From Macrostomum lignano (Eukaryota): a DNA stretch of 64,000 nucleotides. The first letter of the stretch is position 1, and each line of letters opens with the position of its first letter. The notes below the pieces were generated by a model. It was not told where the DNA came from, did no database searches, and was given only the letters and a program-made list of their open reading frames with translations. Location: contig NIVC01001474.1 of NCBI GenBank assembly GCA_002269645.1, positions 62,001 to 126,000 of the forward strand. Direction: 5' to 3'. Shown here piece after piece: positions 1 to 14,654 of this stretch. The translations under genes and the position numbers were made by a program.

Positions 1-769
1 CAGAGAGAGCTTAAGCGCTAGCCCTACTAAAACCACTCATTGCTTTGCAGTTGTGCCCATGCGCTCTCTTTGACTAGAAAATACACCCTGCCTTGAATAA
101 TATTCGGTGCTGTGAGCTTTGAGATGTGAGCCTCACTCATAATATGCCTTCAGAGGCCAAGTGTTTGTGAGAGTCTTTCTGACATGCAAGCAGAGAAGAC
201 AACAAGAAAATAAAACCTGTTACTGCCCATCTCTCGGGGGCTCTCGTTGTCCCAGCTTATTGTCAAATCTGTCCAATGAAGCAGTATTTCTTATATTACT
301 TGAGTGCTTGCACATTCGCTAGTTTTTTCATAATCATAAAATTTTCATAATAATATAATCATAAAATATTTCCTGATGGTTTGTTGCATTGGCAGGTGCC
401 ATCAATACCCAGCCCATCGAATTTCTAGTTTATTATAGTAACTCTAAGTAAGGTTTAGAATATCTCAAAAATGTAAAATTAAGCAAGACCCGATGCGCAG
501 ATGCAGTAATTCAAGATGCAGTCAGGTAAACCTGGTTGCCATGCAATTAAAGCATTAACATCTGAGCCGCCACAGGTGCCTGGCTCCCCTGCATTGGCGG
601 CAGAAGCTCAGCAGGTATGAAAAGCAATTGGCAAGAGCTGCAGAGGCTGAGCACTGCTCAGTGGCCTGCTATGGGCCTCTTCTGTCTATCTTTCTCTCTG
701 TGTGCGTTGGGGCACTGCGGCTCTTCCTCCCTTATCTACCACTCTGACGGCCATCTCCCTCATTTATCT

Positions 770-1860
770 ACCTCTTTGAATACCCCCTCTCCCTCCCTTA
801 TCTACCTCTTTGAATACCCCCTCTCCCTCCCTTATCTACCTCTTTGAATACCCCTCTCCCTCCCTTATCTACCTCTTTGAATACCCCCTCTCCCTCCCTT
901 ATCTACCTCTTTGAATACCCCTCTCCCTCCCTTATCTACCTCTTTGAATACCCCCTCTCCCTCCCTTATCTACCTCTTTGAATACCCCCTCTCCCTCCCT
1001 TATCTACCTCTTTGAATACCCCCTCCCTCCCTTATCTACCTCTTTGAATACCCCTCTCCCTCCCTTATCTACCTCTTTGAATACCCCCTCTCCCTCCCTA
1101 ATCCACCTCTTTGAATACCCCTCTCCCTCCCTTGTCTACCTCTTTGAATACCCCTCTCCCTCCCTTGTCTACCTCTTTGAATACCCCCTCTCCCTCCCTA
1201 ATCTACCTCTTTGAATACCCCTCTCCCTCATTTATCTACCTCTTTGACTCTCCCTCTCCCTCCCTAATCTACCTCTTTGAATACCCCTCTCCCTCCCTAA
1301 TCTACCTCTTTGAATACCCCTCTCCCTCCCTAATCTACCTCTTTGAATACCCCTCTCCCTCCCTTGTCTACCTCTTTGAATACCCCCTCTCCCTCTCTAA
1401 TCTACCTCTTTGAATACCCCTCTCCCTCATTTATCTACCTCTTTGAATACCCCCTCTCCCTCACTTATCTACCTCTTTGACTCTCCCTCTCCCTCACTTA
1501 TCTACCTCTTTGAATACCCCCTCTCCCTCCCTTGTCTACCTCTTTGAATACCCCCTCTCCCTCCCTAATCTACCTCTTTGAATACCCCTCTCCCTCATTT
1601 ATCTACCTCTTTGACTCTCCCTCTCCCTCCCTAATCTACCTCTTTGAATACCCCTCTCCCTCCCTTGTCTACCTCTTTGAATACCCCTCTCCCTCCCTAA
1701 TCTACCTCTTTGAATACCCCCTCTCCCTCCCTAATCTACCTCTTTGAATACCCCTCTCCCTCATTTATCTACCTCTTTGACTCTCCCTCTCCCTCATTTA
1801 TCTACCTCTCTGACTCTCCCTCTCCCTCCCTTATCTACCTCCCTGACTCTCCCTCTTCAT
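770..1860. repeat. Pyrimidine-rich minisatellite, 32-33 bp unit
   Basis: Unit CCCTCTCCCTCCCTTATCTACCTCTTTGAATAC repeated ~33 times with small variants; the ORFs over it are repeat artefacts. Confidence 0.95.
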
Positions 1861-3149
1861 CTCTTTATCTACTGGATCACCGTCCAGCTTTTTAAGTACA
1901 AAATACAAAACTGAACGAAAATGAATAAAGTAAACTTTTCTCTTAATTGAATCTCCATAGCTATTCTTAGCTAGTATTATTTTCTCAGACTGCATTTTCC
2001 TACCGCATAAGGCAGAAGCCCATGCTCGGATTAAACAAATATTTTATATTTTTTGCTAATTAAATGACTCTAGTGACTTTGCAAAATTTCAACTCGCATA
2101 GCGGTGAAAAAATATAATGAAAATATTTTAATTCACGTGAAATGACTGATCAATAAATGCCAATTGATGAAGCCAATATTAGAGTCACACTTTGGAGGCA
2201 GCTAATGCGCCTAGTCTGCTATTAGGCAATTAGTAGACTATAAGATAGTTAGACTATTAGGCTGAATTAGCAAAGTAATTATTGTGACCAAAAACTACCT
2301 CTATTAGTCAGTTTAACAGATCAGGCCAGCTAATAAATATGCAAATTATATTAGAGCAATTTATAACAAAATGCGTCATGGAAAAATGACAGAATTACGG
2401 CCTACTAATACAATTTTCATATCAAGCTACACAATTAAAATTGAAATAAAAAATCAGGAATTTTAGAGAACTTCAGCATATGCAATTTTACTCCACAGTA
2501 ATACAACGATTGAGTGGGTTATCAACGCCAAAATCACTCGGATTAGCAAGTAGATTATCACACCATAGTTTAGGTAAATTTGTATCAACTCCACAGCAGC
2601 CATTTAGTATAAATACTTACCAATATAATTACCAATACTTACCAATATAATTAGAATATATATTTAGAACAATTAGCTAGTTAGCAACTATATTAATGAA
2701 AGAGTCAACACAATTAGATATTGTAACCAAACAAATGCGATCGAAACACAAGAAATTAGACTAATTATTAATTATAAAATAAGCAATTCAGTCAAAATAA
2801 ATCAGTTAGACAATTAGGGAATTAGGCAATTTGAAAATTTGGAAATTGATATGCAGCTAGGCTTATCAGACAATTGGGCATTTAGATCGAATCAAATCGT
2901 AAAACAGTGCAGTGTGTACGCCATCAAGAATTTCAGTTCGTTAGCAGAAAGTGCATGCAAATTTGACAAATGAGAAAATTTGAAAACTAGCTACAGTTCT
3001 GAAAGAACCGCTCTGAAACTAAAATCAACACAAGTGAAAATCTAAGGAAGAAAATTATTTGCAACAGAATAAATATTGGCGGCACAAAGAAATAAAAGTA
3101 AAAATAGACGCTTTTTTCACTACATATCGGTAGATTGCCTCAGCTCAAT

Positions 3150-3830
3150 TGGAATGAAATGGGGTCTACCAGTTTTCCAGCAAGCCATTTGCCAGCCAGA
3201 TATTTGAGAGCCACTGCGGGACCTACCAAGAATGACTTCATCTGGAGTCAGCAGCATGATGAAGCGTTCCGAAAGATGACGAGGGAGCTGAGCAGTGCCC
3301 CTACGATGGCCTTTTATGATCAACCTCTCTTATTTACCTCGTATCTGCATGGCACACGGATGCTTCCAGACCCAATTATCTCCGCTCTAACCTGAAGCAG
3401 AAGCAGAGCGACTGCTCATGGCGAGTCGTCCAAGCCGGCTCAAGATTCGTTTTGGAGGCCGAGCGTCGTTGCGCAACGATCGAACTTGATCTGCTGGCTG
3501 TTGCTTGGACAGTGAAAGAGAAGTCGTCTTTTTCTCGAAAGATTGAAACAATTCGAAATAAGTAATCGATCACAGACCGCTGGGGCCGATCTCAAATAAG
3601 CACTCTTTGGACGAGATCGACAACCCAAGGTTGCAGCGACTGTCTCTGAAGCCCTACTAGAGCTTGCGTAAGAAGCTCAATGTTGAAGAACTAATACTGG
3701 TTGGAAAGAGATTATTGATACCGGGAGAGATGAGACGAGAGGTGCTCGAACACCTGCCAAGTATGCACCATGGAGCAGCAAAGATGAAAGAGAGCGAAAG
3801 ACACTATTTAAGCAGCCTCACAACTCAGAA
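3150..3830 (+). mobile_element. Degraded Ty3/gypsy pol relic (RT-RNase H connection and integrase Zn-binding start)
   Basis: Frameshifted peptides NDFIWSQQHDEAFRKMTRELSSAPTMAFYD, ATIELDLLAVAWTVK and LILVGKRLLIPGEMRREVLEHLPSMHHGAAKMKE are typical of gypsy pol. Confidence 0.8.
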
Positions 3831-4089
3831 GCAATGCACACACGCGAGAACAGCTCACAGTGCAAGTGCAGTGTCAGCTAAAGACAGTTTTTTTTTACAT
3901 CACCATAAAGCTAGGCCAAATTGCAATTGATAACACGATTTTTACAAAAATGTTCATTCCTTTTTACATCAGTCGTGTGGAGTCGATGACTCATCGAGAG
4001 GAGTACATGACCTGAAGCAATCGCACATACAAATTGCGGTTTATCTTCATGTAACAGTAGTTAGTCTCACATCATTTTCACTGCAATAC

Positions 4090-4705
4090 AGTCTGTCTGG
4101 CAATGTCTGTCTGGAAAATGTCTGGCTGGCAAATGTCTGGCTGGCAAATGTCTGGGTGGAAAATATCTGTCTGGAAAATGTCTGGCTGGCAAATATCGGA
4201 CTGGCAAATATCTGGCTGGCAAATTTCTGGCTGGAAAATGTCTGACTGGCAAATATCTGGCTGGCAAATGTCTGGCTGGCAAGTGTCTGGCTGGCAAATG
4301 TCTGGCTGGCAAATGTCTGGCTGGAAAATGTCTGGCTGGCAAATGTCTGGCTGGAAAATGTCTGGCTGGCAAATATCTAACTGGCAAATATCTGGCTGGC
4401 AAATATCTGGTTAGCAAGTATCTGGCTGGCAAATATCTGGCTGGAAAATGTCTGGCTGGCAAAATGTCTGGCTAGCAAATATCGGGCTGGCAAGTATCTG
4501 GCTGGCAAATATCGGGCTGGCAAGTATCTGGCTGGCAAATATCTGGCTGGCAAATATCTGGCTGGAAAATGTCTGGCTTGCAAATATCTGGCTGGAAAAT
4601 GTCTGGCTGGCAAATATCTGGCTGGCAAGTATCTGGCTGGCAAATATCGGGCTGGCAAATATCTGGCTGGCAAATATCTGGCTGGAAAATGTCTGGCTTG
4701 CAAAC
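4090..4705. repeat. 15-bp minisatellite (TCTGGCTGGCAAATA/G family)
   Basis: About 40 units; same family at 18315-18680 and 35975-36440. Confidence 0.95.
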
Positions 4706-4954
4706 CTAAATATCCCATAAGAATGGCTTCAGATTTGACATCAGAAGCAAGGGGGATGAACATGAATAGCATTTGAAGCGAGGACGTCACAACAGGCGTG
4801 CTGCATGAGCAGATCACTGAGTCACGCAGCTACTGGTAGAAAACAAACATTAATAAGCCATCAAGTTGCTCGATTACAAAGCTATCCAATGGTGCCAAAA
4901 AGCCATGAAAGCAGTCACCGACCGGTGCAACCGGAGTCGCATCTGGCACTCGGC

Positions 4955-7547
<2,593 letters not shown>

Positions 7548-8067
7548 GTTTCATGAGGAACTTATCGAAAACTCAATTCGTACCCCAGAGAGTGGCATGG
7601 AAATCTGCTCAAGCTTGACTGCTCAAAAGGCTCATGAGGAACATTCTAGATGGGAGGAGGGAAAACTGAGTACGAGAACCGCAACTGTGTTTGATCCCCT
7701 CAGACTCTCTGCCACTCAATCAGTGACAAACTCTGCAGAGTTAAAGGTTCAGTTCAGACTTCAGTTTTCCCGCTGCAGCCTCTGCAGCTGCAAGATCAGA
7801 GCTTCAGTGAGCAGCTCAGCTACTCGGCACTCAATTCAAATAAAATAAAATTCCCATAAGTAAGGTGTATTTGTGTTTCATCATCATCTAGCAACCGAGT
7901 GATCTGCAAATCCCGCCATTCAAAATGGATGCTTTACAAAACTCTGCCAGGTACCTTGATACAGACACCTGCTGCTTGGAATGGAAACCTAATTGATATA
8001 CATGAACACCAATTTTGAATTAAAGTAGTCACCAAGTTGAGTAACCAAGTTGCTCAGAAGCGCTCGC

Positions 8068-9579
8068 TCACCTGTGTGCAGCCTCTCGGACCGAATTCGG
8101 TCGCTCATCGCCCGTCAGCGCACGGTGCAGAATTTGGGCAGATCGCTCACTGCGGAACTCGATGGCACGGCTGAGAGCAGACTGAAGTGACTCTCGAGAT
8201 CCAGCCAAAGCGGAGGCTTTGAGAAGTGACTCAACCACGTGATGGTGGTCGTTTTGTGCCGCAATGTAGAGAGGTGACTCGCCAGTGTTTCGTTGAAGAT
8301 TGACGTCGGCTCGTGCTTTGAGGAGTCGATCGACTACCTCATGGTGGCCATTTTGTGATGCAATGTAGAGAGGTGACGAGCCAATGACCTTCTCTTGAAG
8401 ATTGACGTCGGCTCGTGCTTTGAGGAGTCGATCGACTACCTCATGGTGGCCATTTTGTGATGCAATGTAGAGAGGTGACGAGCCAGTGTTTCGTTGAAGA
8501 TTGACGTCGGCTCGTGCTTTGAGGAGTCGATCGACTACCTCATGGTGGCCATTTTTTGATGCAATGTAGAGAGGTGACGAGCCAGTGTTTCGTTGAAGAT
8601 TGACGTCGGCTCGTGCTTTGAGGAGTCGATCGACTACCTCATGGTGGCCATTTTGTGATGCAATGTAGAGAGGTGACGAGCCAGTGTTGAGTTGAAGATT
8701 GACGTCGGCTCGTGCTTTGAGGAGTCGATCGACTACCTCATGGTGGCCATTTTGTGATGCAGTGTAGAGAGGTGACTCGCCAGTGTTTCCTTGAAGATTG
8801 ACGTCGGCTCGTGCTTTGAGGAGTCGATCGACTACCTCATGGTGGCCATTTTGTGATGCAATGTAGAGAGGTGACGAGCCAGTGTTTCGTTGAAGATTGA
8901 CGTCGGCTCGTGCTTTGAGGAGTCGATCGACTACCTCATGGTGGCCATTTTGTGATGCAATGTAGAGAGGTGACTCGCCAGTGTTTCGTTGAAGATTGAC
9001 GTCGGCTCGTGCTTTGAGGAGTCGATCGACTACCTCATGGTGGCCATTTTGTGATGCAATGTAGAGAGGTGACGAGCCAATGACCTTCTCTTGAAGATTG
9101 ACGTCGGCTCGTGCTTTGAGGAGTCGATCGACTACCTCATGGTGGCCATTTTGTGATGCAATGTAGAGAGGTGAGCAGCCATCGACTACTTGAAGATTGA
9201 CGTCGGCTCGTGCTTGAATTAGTAAATCGACAGCCTCACGATGGCCTTGTTGACATCCAATATGCACTGCCGAGAATCCCTCACTGTTCTGTTTGTTGAC
9301 ATCAACACTCTCTCGAATCAGCCTCGCCAAGATGCCGATTCTGCTCAGGTAGCAAGCCCACATCAGCGGTGTACACTCACTTCCTCTCCAAGTCAGAATC
9401 GTGTCGACACTCCTCCCACTGGCAACGAAGTTCTCCACCGCCTGCAGGCGGTCCGCTTCAATCGCCTCAAAGAGCTCTTCATCTATGGGCTCGGCTGCGG
9501 CATCCCGGCTCGCCCTGCGGCCGAAAACCCGCAAGCAGCAGGCGGCCACCGCGCTGAAGAGTCGCTGCAGAAATCCCAT
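8068..9579 (-). CDS. Ankyrin-repeat coding exon, copy A (503-aa ORF; probably exon 1 of an ANK-cGLR fusion, 9579-8072)
   Basis: Nine near-identical 33/34-aa repeats SPLYIASQNGHHEVVDRLLKARADVNLQ plus capping repeats; the ORF ends in CACAG|GTGAGC, a consensus splice donor. Confidence 0.92.
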   Translation of the reverse strand: MGFLQRLFSAVAACCLRVFGRRASRDAAAEPIDEELFEAIEADRLQAVENFVASGRSVDTILTWRGSECTPLMWACYLSRIGILARLIRESVDVNKQNSEGFSAVHIGCQQGHREAVDLLIQARADVNLQVVDGCSPLYIASQNGHHEVVDRLLKARADVNLQEKVIGSSPLYIASQNGHHEVVDRLLKARADVNLQRNTGESPLYIASQNGHHEVVDRLLKARADVNLQRNTGSSPLYIASQNGHHEVVDRLLKARADVNLQGNTGESPLYTASQNGHHEVVDRLLKARADVNLQLNTGSSPLYIASQNGHHEVVDRLLKARADVNLQRNTGSSPLYIASKNGHHEVVDRLLKARADVNLQRNTGSSPLYIASQNGHHEVVDRLLKARADVNLQEKVIGSSPLYIASQNGHHEVVDRLLKARADVNLQRNTGESPLYIAAQNDHHHVVESLLKASALAGSRESLQSALSRAIEFRSERSAQILHRALTGDERPNSVREAAHR

Positions 9580-9751
9580 GTCAGATTTCGAAGCAAGGAA
9601 TACCTGAAGAAAGTACTTAAGATGCTTAGAAGAAAGAAATAATTAGTACTCAAGTCGTCCTTGTTTCGGAGCTCACTCGGATTTCTCCAAGTGCACTCAG
9701 AGCGAAATGCTGTCAATTTAACCCCAGTGCTGAAGGCTTTTGCTGCTGAGA

Positions 9752-9760
9752 GCCAATCAG
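9752..9760. promoter_or_regulatory. CCAAT box upstream of ANK-cGLR A
   Basis: AGCCAATCAG ~175 bp upstream of the ATG; also present at ~47030 and (as ATTGG) ~26270 in the paralogs. Confidence 0.45.
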
Positions 9761-10520
9761 CTTCGCGCGGTTCTCAACTTCATTCGCGAACTGCTGCCCA
9801 GTGCTGCTCAGTAATATCTGTGGGAGCGAGCTGCAAAAATTGGAAACTGCTGTGGTAAATGAGAGAATGCCTGCAGCTGGCAGAGACGCGGCTTCTGCAC
9901 GAATAAATTCAGTCAGAGCAGGGACTACTCAAACACCGGGACGGGAAACTAAAATTTTTTACGAGGCTGGCTGGCAATTATTTGCATTAGAGAGATGCTG
10001 TGTTACTTTGTTGTCTATGGTTATTTTCTACTGCTGATAAAAGACCAGCCGCGTAAAAAATTCCTAGTTTCCCGTCCCGGTGTTTGAGTAGTCCCTGAGT
10101 CAGAGTTTCCAGTTTAAATCCACGAATAGCTCAGACCGTTGCAGAATGCAATTGATGCAAAATGCAAAATGTAATTTAATCGCTAGGTGAAAAATCACTT
10201 TAAAACACTAGCCAAAATCATGGTGTAGTGAGGCGCCAGCGAGGAAGTGATGCGCTACGGAAGCAGTCAGGCGCCAGTGAGGTGCCATACGAGGACATCG
10301 TGGCATTTGTGCTATCTCAAATCAAATGACCGAGGTTTCCCATTAGTTTATTTACTAGGGCTCACAATATTTTGTCAAAATGGCCCTAAGCGGATTCTAG
10401 GAGGGCCCGCACCGGGGCTCCCGTCTCTCTTTGTGACAAATTTTTTCAAATACCTTTTGGTCGGCAGCAGGTTATGAGAAGTTTTCTACTGCCTGTGTAC
10501 ATCGCAAAGCCAGGATATGG

Positions 10521-10534
10521 GTTGCCATGGTAAC
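10521..10534. promoter_or_regulatory. RFX X-box-like site GTTGCCATGGTAAC
   Basis: Near-perfect palindromic X-box; conserved at 25492-25505 and 47658-47671. Confidence 0.6.
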
Positions 10535-10744
10535 GATTAACAACTCGAATAATAGCAGTTTGTTACATTGTGCCGGAAGGAGGTTTCGTCCAATCCTACT
10601 AACAGTAGTCTGTGATAAATGAGCATTTTAATTACACTTTGAGTTGCGCACCAGTGACTGCAGCATCCTAGGCTAATTGATGACGCAAGACTTGAGTTCA
10701 TTCATGCACTTTTACAGTACGTGTACAAGAGTGATGCTCCATTT

Positions 10745-10985
10745 ATCAGAGTGCTACTCCATTCAGAGTGCTACTCCATTCAGAGTGCTACTCCATTCAG
10801 AGTGCTACTCCATTCAGAGTGCTACTCCATTCAGAGTGCTTCTCCATTCAGAGTGCTACTCCATTCAGAGTGCTACTCCATTCAGAGTGCTACTCCATTC
10901 AGAGTGCTACTCCATTCAGAGTGCTACTCCATTCAGAGTGCTACTCCATTCAGAGTGCTACTCCATTCAGAGTGCTACTCCATTG
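10745..10985. repeat. 17-bp minisatellite
   Basis: CATTCAGAGTGCTACTC x ~14. Confidence 0.95.
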
Positions 10986-11289
10986 ACCACATGCGCACAG
11001 TGGCTGATTATAACAAAATTGCTCACAATTGCGCCAGGAATTCGGGTCAGGGGGCTCAGCATCCGGTCAGATGGCATCGCTGATATTTTTGACAGAATTG
11101 AAGGCTGCTTGAGGGATGAAGAGCTGAACCGTATGAGGAAACAGGTGCAAAATATTGAAAATTTATGTTTTTAATTACAGCACAATCAAGCAAAATGGGG
11201 TGACATAAAAGTAGATTAAGCAGCAAAACTCAATTTTATAAAGTTTGTCCCTCAACTGCTGAGCCAGTTCTGCAGCTGGGAGTGAGAGC

Positions 11290-11600
11290 TTTGAGTCCCC
11301 CGCAGACTCTCAGCTCTCCATCAGCTGCACTGCTCAGCGCCCAGTCCCCGCAGACTCTCAGCTCTCCATCAGCTGCACTGCTCAACGCCCAGTCCCTGCA
11401 GACTCTTAGCTCTCCATCAGCTGCACTGCTTAGCGCCCAGTCCCCGCAGACTCTTAGCTCTCCATCAGCTGCACTGCTCAGCGCCCAGTCCCCGCAGACT
11501 CTCAGCTCTCCATCAGCTTCATTGCTCAGCGCCCAGTCCCCGCAGACTCTCAGCTCTCCATCAGCTGCACTGCTCAACGCCCAGTCCCCGCAGACTCTCG
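11290..11600. repeat. 48-bp minisatellite
   Basis: CCCAGTCCCCGCAGACTCTCAGCTCTCCATCAGCTGCACTGCTCAGCG x ~6.5. Confidence 0.92.
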
Positions 11601-12070
11601 GCCATGAAGTTCACCGGCGCGGAGTTCTGCATCCGCAGACTCCACAGGCAGCCCCGGAAGTCGCTGAGTCGACCGGCCGCAGTCGCCGACATCGAGGCCG
11701 CCAGGTCGCCGCCGTCCGGCAGGCCGCCGACGAAGCCGACGCCGCGTCGCAGAGGCCGCGGCGCTCTCCTTGACGAGCATCTGCAGCTCAATGTCGGACT
11801 TTCGACGCCGAGCGACCAGTCGAAACCGACGTCCCAAGCCGTCGTCGATTCTGGGCGACTGCGGCGACGCCTCGAGCGCCGTCAGCAGCTGCGCGGAGCC
11901 GACGGTGAAGTCGCAGTCCAGCCGCAGGAGGCCGCGGCTGGTGACGGTGACGGCGATGAAGTCCTGACCGTCGGGAAGCTCGTCGGCCCTGCAGGCAGGA
12001 GACCGGCAGCTCGATGATGCCGACGTCATGGAAACGGGAAGACTGGTGTAAGCATCCCGGATCTGACGGG
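11600..12070. other. GC-rich unique segment, possible isolated coding exon of unknown identity
   Basis: High GC, CpG-rich, open on both strands (minus: DFIAVTVTSRGLLRLDCDFTVGSAQLL...); no family recognised. Confidence 0.25.
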
Positions 12071-12074
12071 TCCT

Positions 12075-12370
12075 GCTGTCTCCGTGTGTATCTGAGCGGT
12101 TGCTATGCAAAACTGCTGCCGTCTCCATGTGTATCTGAGCTGTTGCTATGCAAAACTGCTGCCGTCTCCATGTGTATCTGAGCGGTTGCTATGCAAAACT
12201 GCTGCCGTCTCCATGTGTATCTGAGCTGTTGCTATGCAAAACTGCTGCTGTCTCCATGTGTATCTGAGCTGTTGCTATGCAAAACTGCTGCTGTCTCCAT
12301 GTGTATCTGAGCTGTTACTATGCAAAACTGCTGCTGTCTCCATTTGTATCTGAGCGGTTGCTATGGAAAA
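12075..12370. repeat. 43-bp minisatellite containing GTTGCTATGCAAAAC
   Basis: GTCTCCATGTGTATCTGAGCTGTTGCTATGCAAAACTGCTGCC x ~7. Confidence 0.9.
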
Positions 12371-13099
12371 CTAACACTGAGCTGCTGAGCTTTGAGAATT
12401 CTCCCAGTTGCTAGGGAAACGAGATGCCGCTCACAATGCTCAGGTGGCAGGTTGGTTGAGCTGTTCTCAACGGACAGCTCTGATCTAGAATGCAGTGACT
12501 GCTGGCCGCACACCGCTCAACTCCCTGCCCCTCAGATGTACATTTCCTCCCCTCACCCTGCAGCCAATCAGCTCGCATGCTTCTGATCCATCAGCTCCCC
12601 CTAACCCAATATCGATCGCTAAATATTGATTGGCCCTCAATGCCGTGAGCTGCCGAGCCATTTCTCAGCTCTAAAGCCAGTCTGTAATTTTCCAGTCAAT
12701 TATCACAGCAGATGGCTGTACTGACTCAATGCCGTAAAGACGGTCTCTGACTGTTTTTACCCTGGCTGTCTTTAATTTCTGGCGGCATTTCTGAGGGTTG
12801 TGCGCAATCCGAATGGCCTAGCACTCGCTAGCCCAATTTCTAGAGGGTCCGCCCCGGAGGGCTGTGCCTATTAAAGATAACCCTAACCTTTCTTTTTCGT
12901 ACTATCCAATTAGCTTTTCGGCCCTCGGCCTTGGCTTAGGGGGGGGGGGGGGTTGAGCCCCCCGGTCGCACCCGCCCTGCAGGAAAGAATGACCATTCAC
13001 AAAGGTGTACGGTAGAGCCCAGTTGATGCCAGCCCTGAGGCTGAGCCCCGGGGTAACTAGCCAGGGTTCAGGTGCTCCTCCCTGTTTTTATCCCTGGCT

Positions 13100-13265
13100 T
13101 TATGCCACTCTAACCAGGTTATATGCCACTCTAACCACGTTATATGCCACTCTAACCACGTTATATGCCACTCTAACCAGGCTATATGCCACTCTAACCA
13201 GGTTATATGCCACTCTAACCACGTTATATGCCACTCTAACCAGGTTATATGCCACTCTAACCAGC
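13100..13265. repeat. 21-bp minisatellite
   Basis: TTATATGCCACTCTAACCAGG/ACG x ~8. Confidence 0.9.
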
Positions 13266-14654
13266 CTGGAGTTTGAGCTCTGCCCTGCCTGGTCCATCTT
13301 GCTCTGTCCTCGGTCCATCTGCTGGCTCCTCTGGTTGTCTCCCTGCCCTTGTGTCTCGGCTCTCATCCTGACAGTGGACTGGTGTCCTGGGGAATGAGTT
13401 CGTCCCGAATCGGGGATACCGGCTGAGTCCGGATCCTCTTGCTCCTTGTGCCCTTTTCCCGACCCCTTGGCCTACAATGTAAAGCTGGTAAGGTGACACT
13501 CTTGTGGCTCGCAGCCCTATAGGTCTTAGCAGTCAACCTGATAGGAGACTAGCCCTTGGAAACAAGCCTTCCAGCCAAACTCCACAGTTAAGTCATTTCC
13601 GTAGACTTCGGGGTTTCCCCGCTCTCGGACCGCTTTTCAGTAGTAACCTAAACATTTTCTAATTCTTTTTTCGCGCGCACACCCAAAGACTTGTCAGCTT
13701 GGGGGGGGGGGTCTGGGTGGACTCGGTCTTAGCACCGTCCCTGAATCCATTGTTGGGTTGGCGGTGTCTTAGTCCATAGGCTTGGGTTTAGGCAGTTCCA
13801 ATCTCCCCCTGGCCTACGACGTCAGGGACTAACCAACCTCGTGGGTATCTCGGGCTTTATGCCCCTGAAAGTGCCCCTCAGCGGCAGAGCCCCTCCCAGG
13901 GCTGATCCGCGGGTAGCTAGGCTTCCCTCCCCGTTTAAACAACAACTGACTCTGCTTTTTACTAATTTTGCCAATTGCTTCTGTCAGGAATTGCCTAGTT
14001 GAGTTCATTTCTGTGCCCGAACCGTTCGGCTGCTGAAAAATCAATTATTTTTATCCTCAGACCACCGAGGCAGGGTTCTCCTCCTGCATTTCCTGAGCTC
14101 TCCCAGTGAATGCAAGACTTGCAAAATGCTGACTTGGTGGCAATTGAAGCTGAATGGACTCTGGGCAGCTCAGTGACTGCTTCTTACTGTATGAGTTGCA
14201 TTGGCGGTTTCACAGCTGATCGATAAGTTGGGGAGGGGCTGCTATTGTAGCATTGAGCAGTTCTCAATTGTGAGTTCGATCTGGGAGTTGGGGGCTGCGA
14301 GCGCTCGGGTCTCTGCTGAGCTGCTGGCTCTGTGAGTTTCCCAGTTGTGCTCAAGCAGGACTCTGACAGGCATTGTAGTTTATTTTACAGATCTGTCATG
14401 AGGGCTTGTGGCAATGAGTTTTATAACCCCCCAAACTGGCATTGTGCAGCGTCATGTGAGGCTTATAGCCAGGCATCTTACATGCTGAAGTCCCGTGAGT
14501 TTCACACTATAGGAATAAATATTCATTATAACAAATAAATGGCCGATTTCTGTCTGAGGTTTGCAGGAAAAACCCCTAGGAGCCATGAGTGAATAAAATT
14601 GAGCAATTAATCACCCAATTAATTGTGCTTAAAGAGCTGCTTCTGAGTTTATCT

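Noticed and set aside
8270-9215. CRISPR-like appearance of conserved repeats with short variable segments
   Set aside because: The 99/102-bp units are in-frame ankyrin codons, the variable parts are only a few codons, the context is eukaryotic and there are no cas genes.
12900-14100. Region between two poly-G runs as a discrete transposon
   Set aside because: No TIR, TSD or coding signature could be identified by eye.
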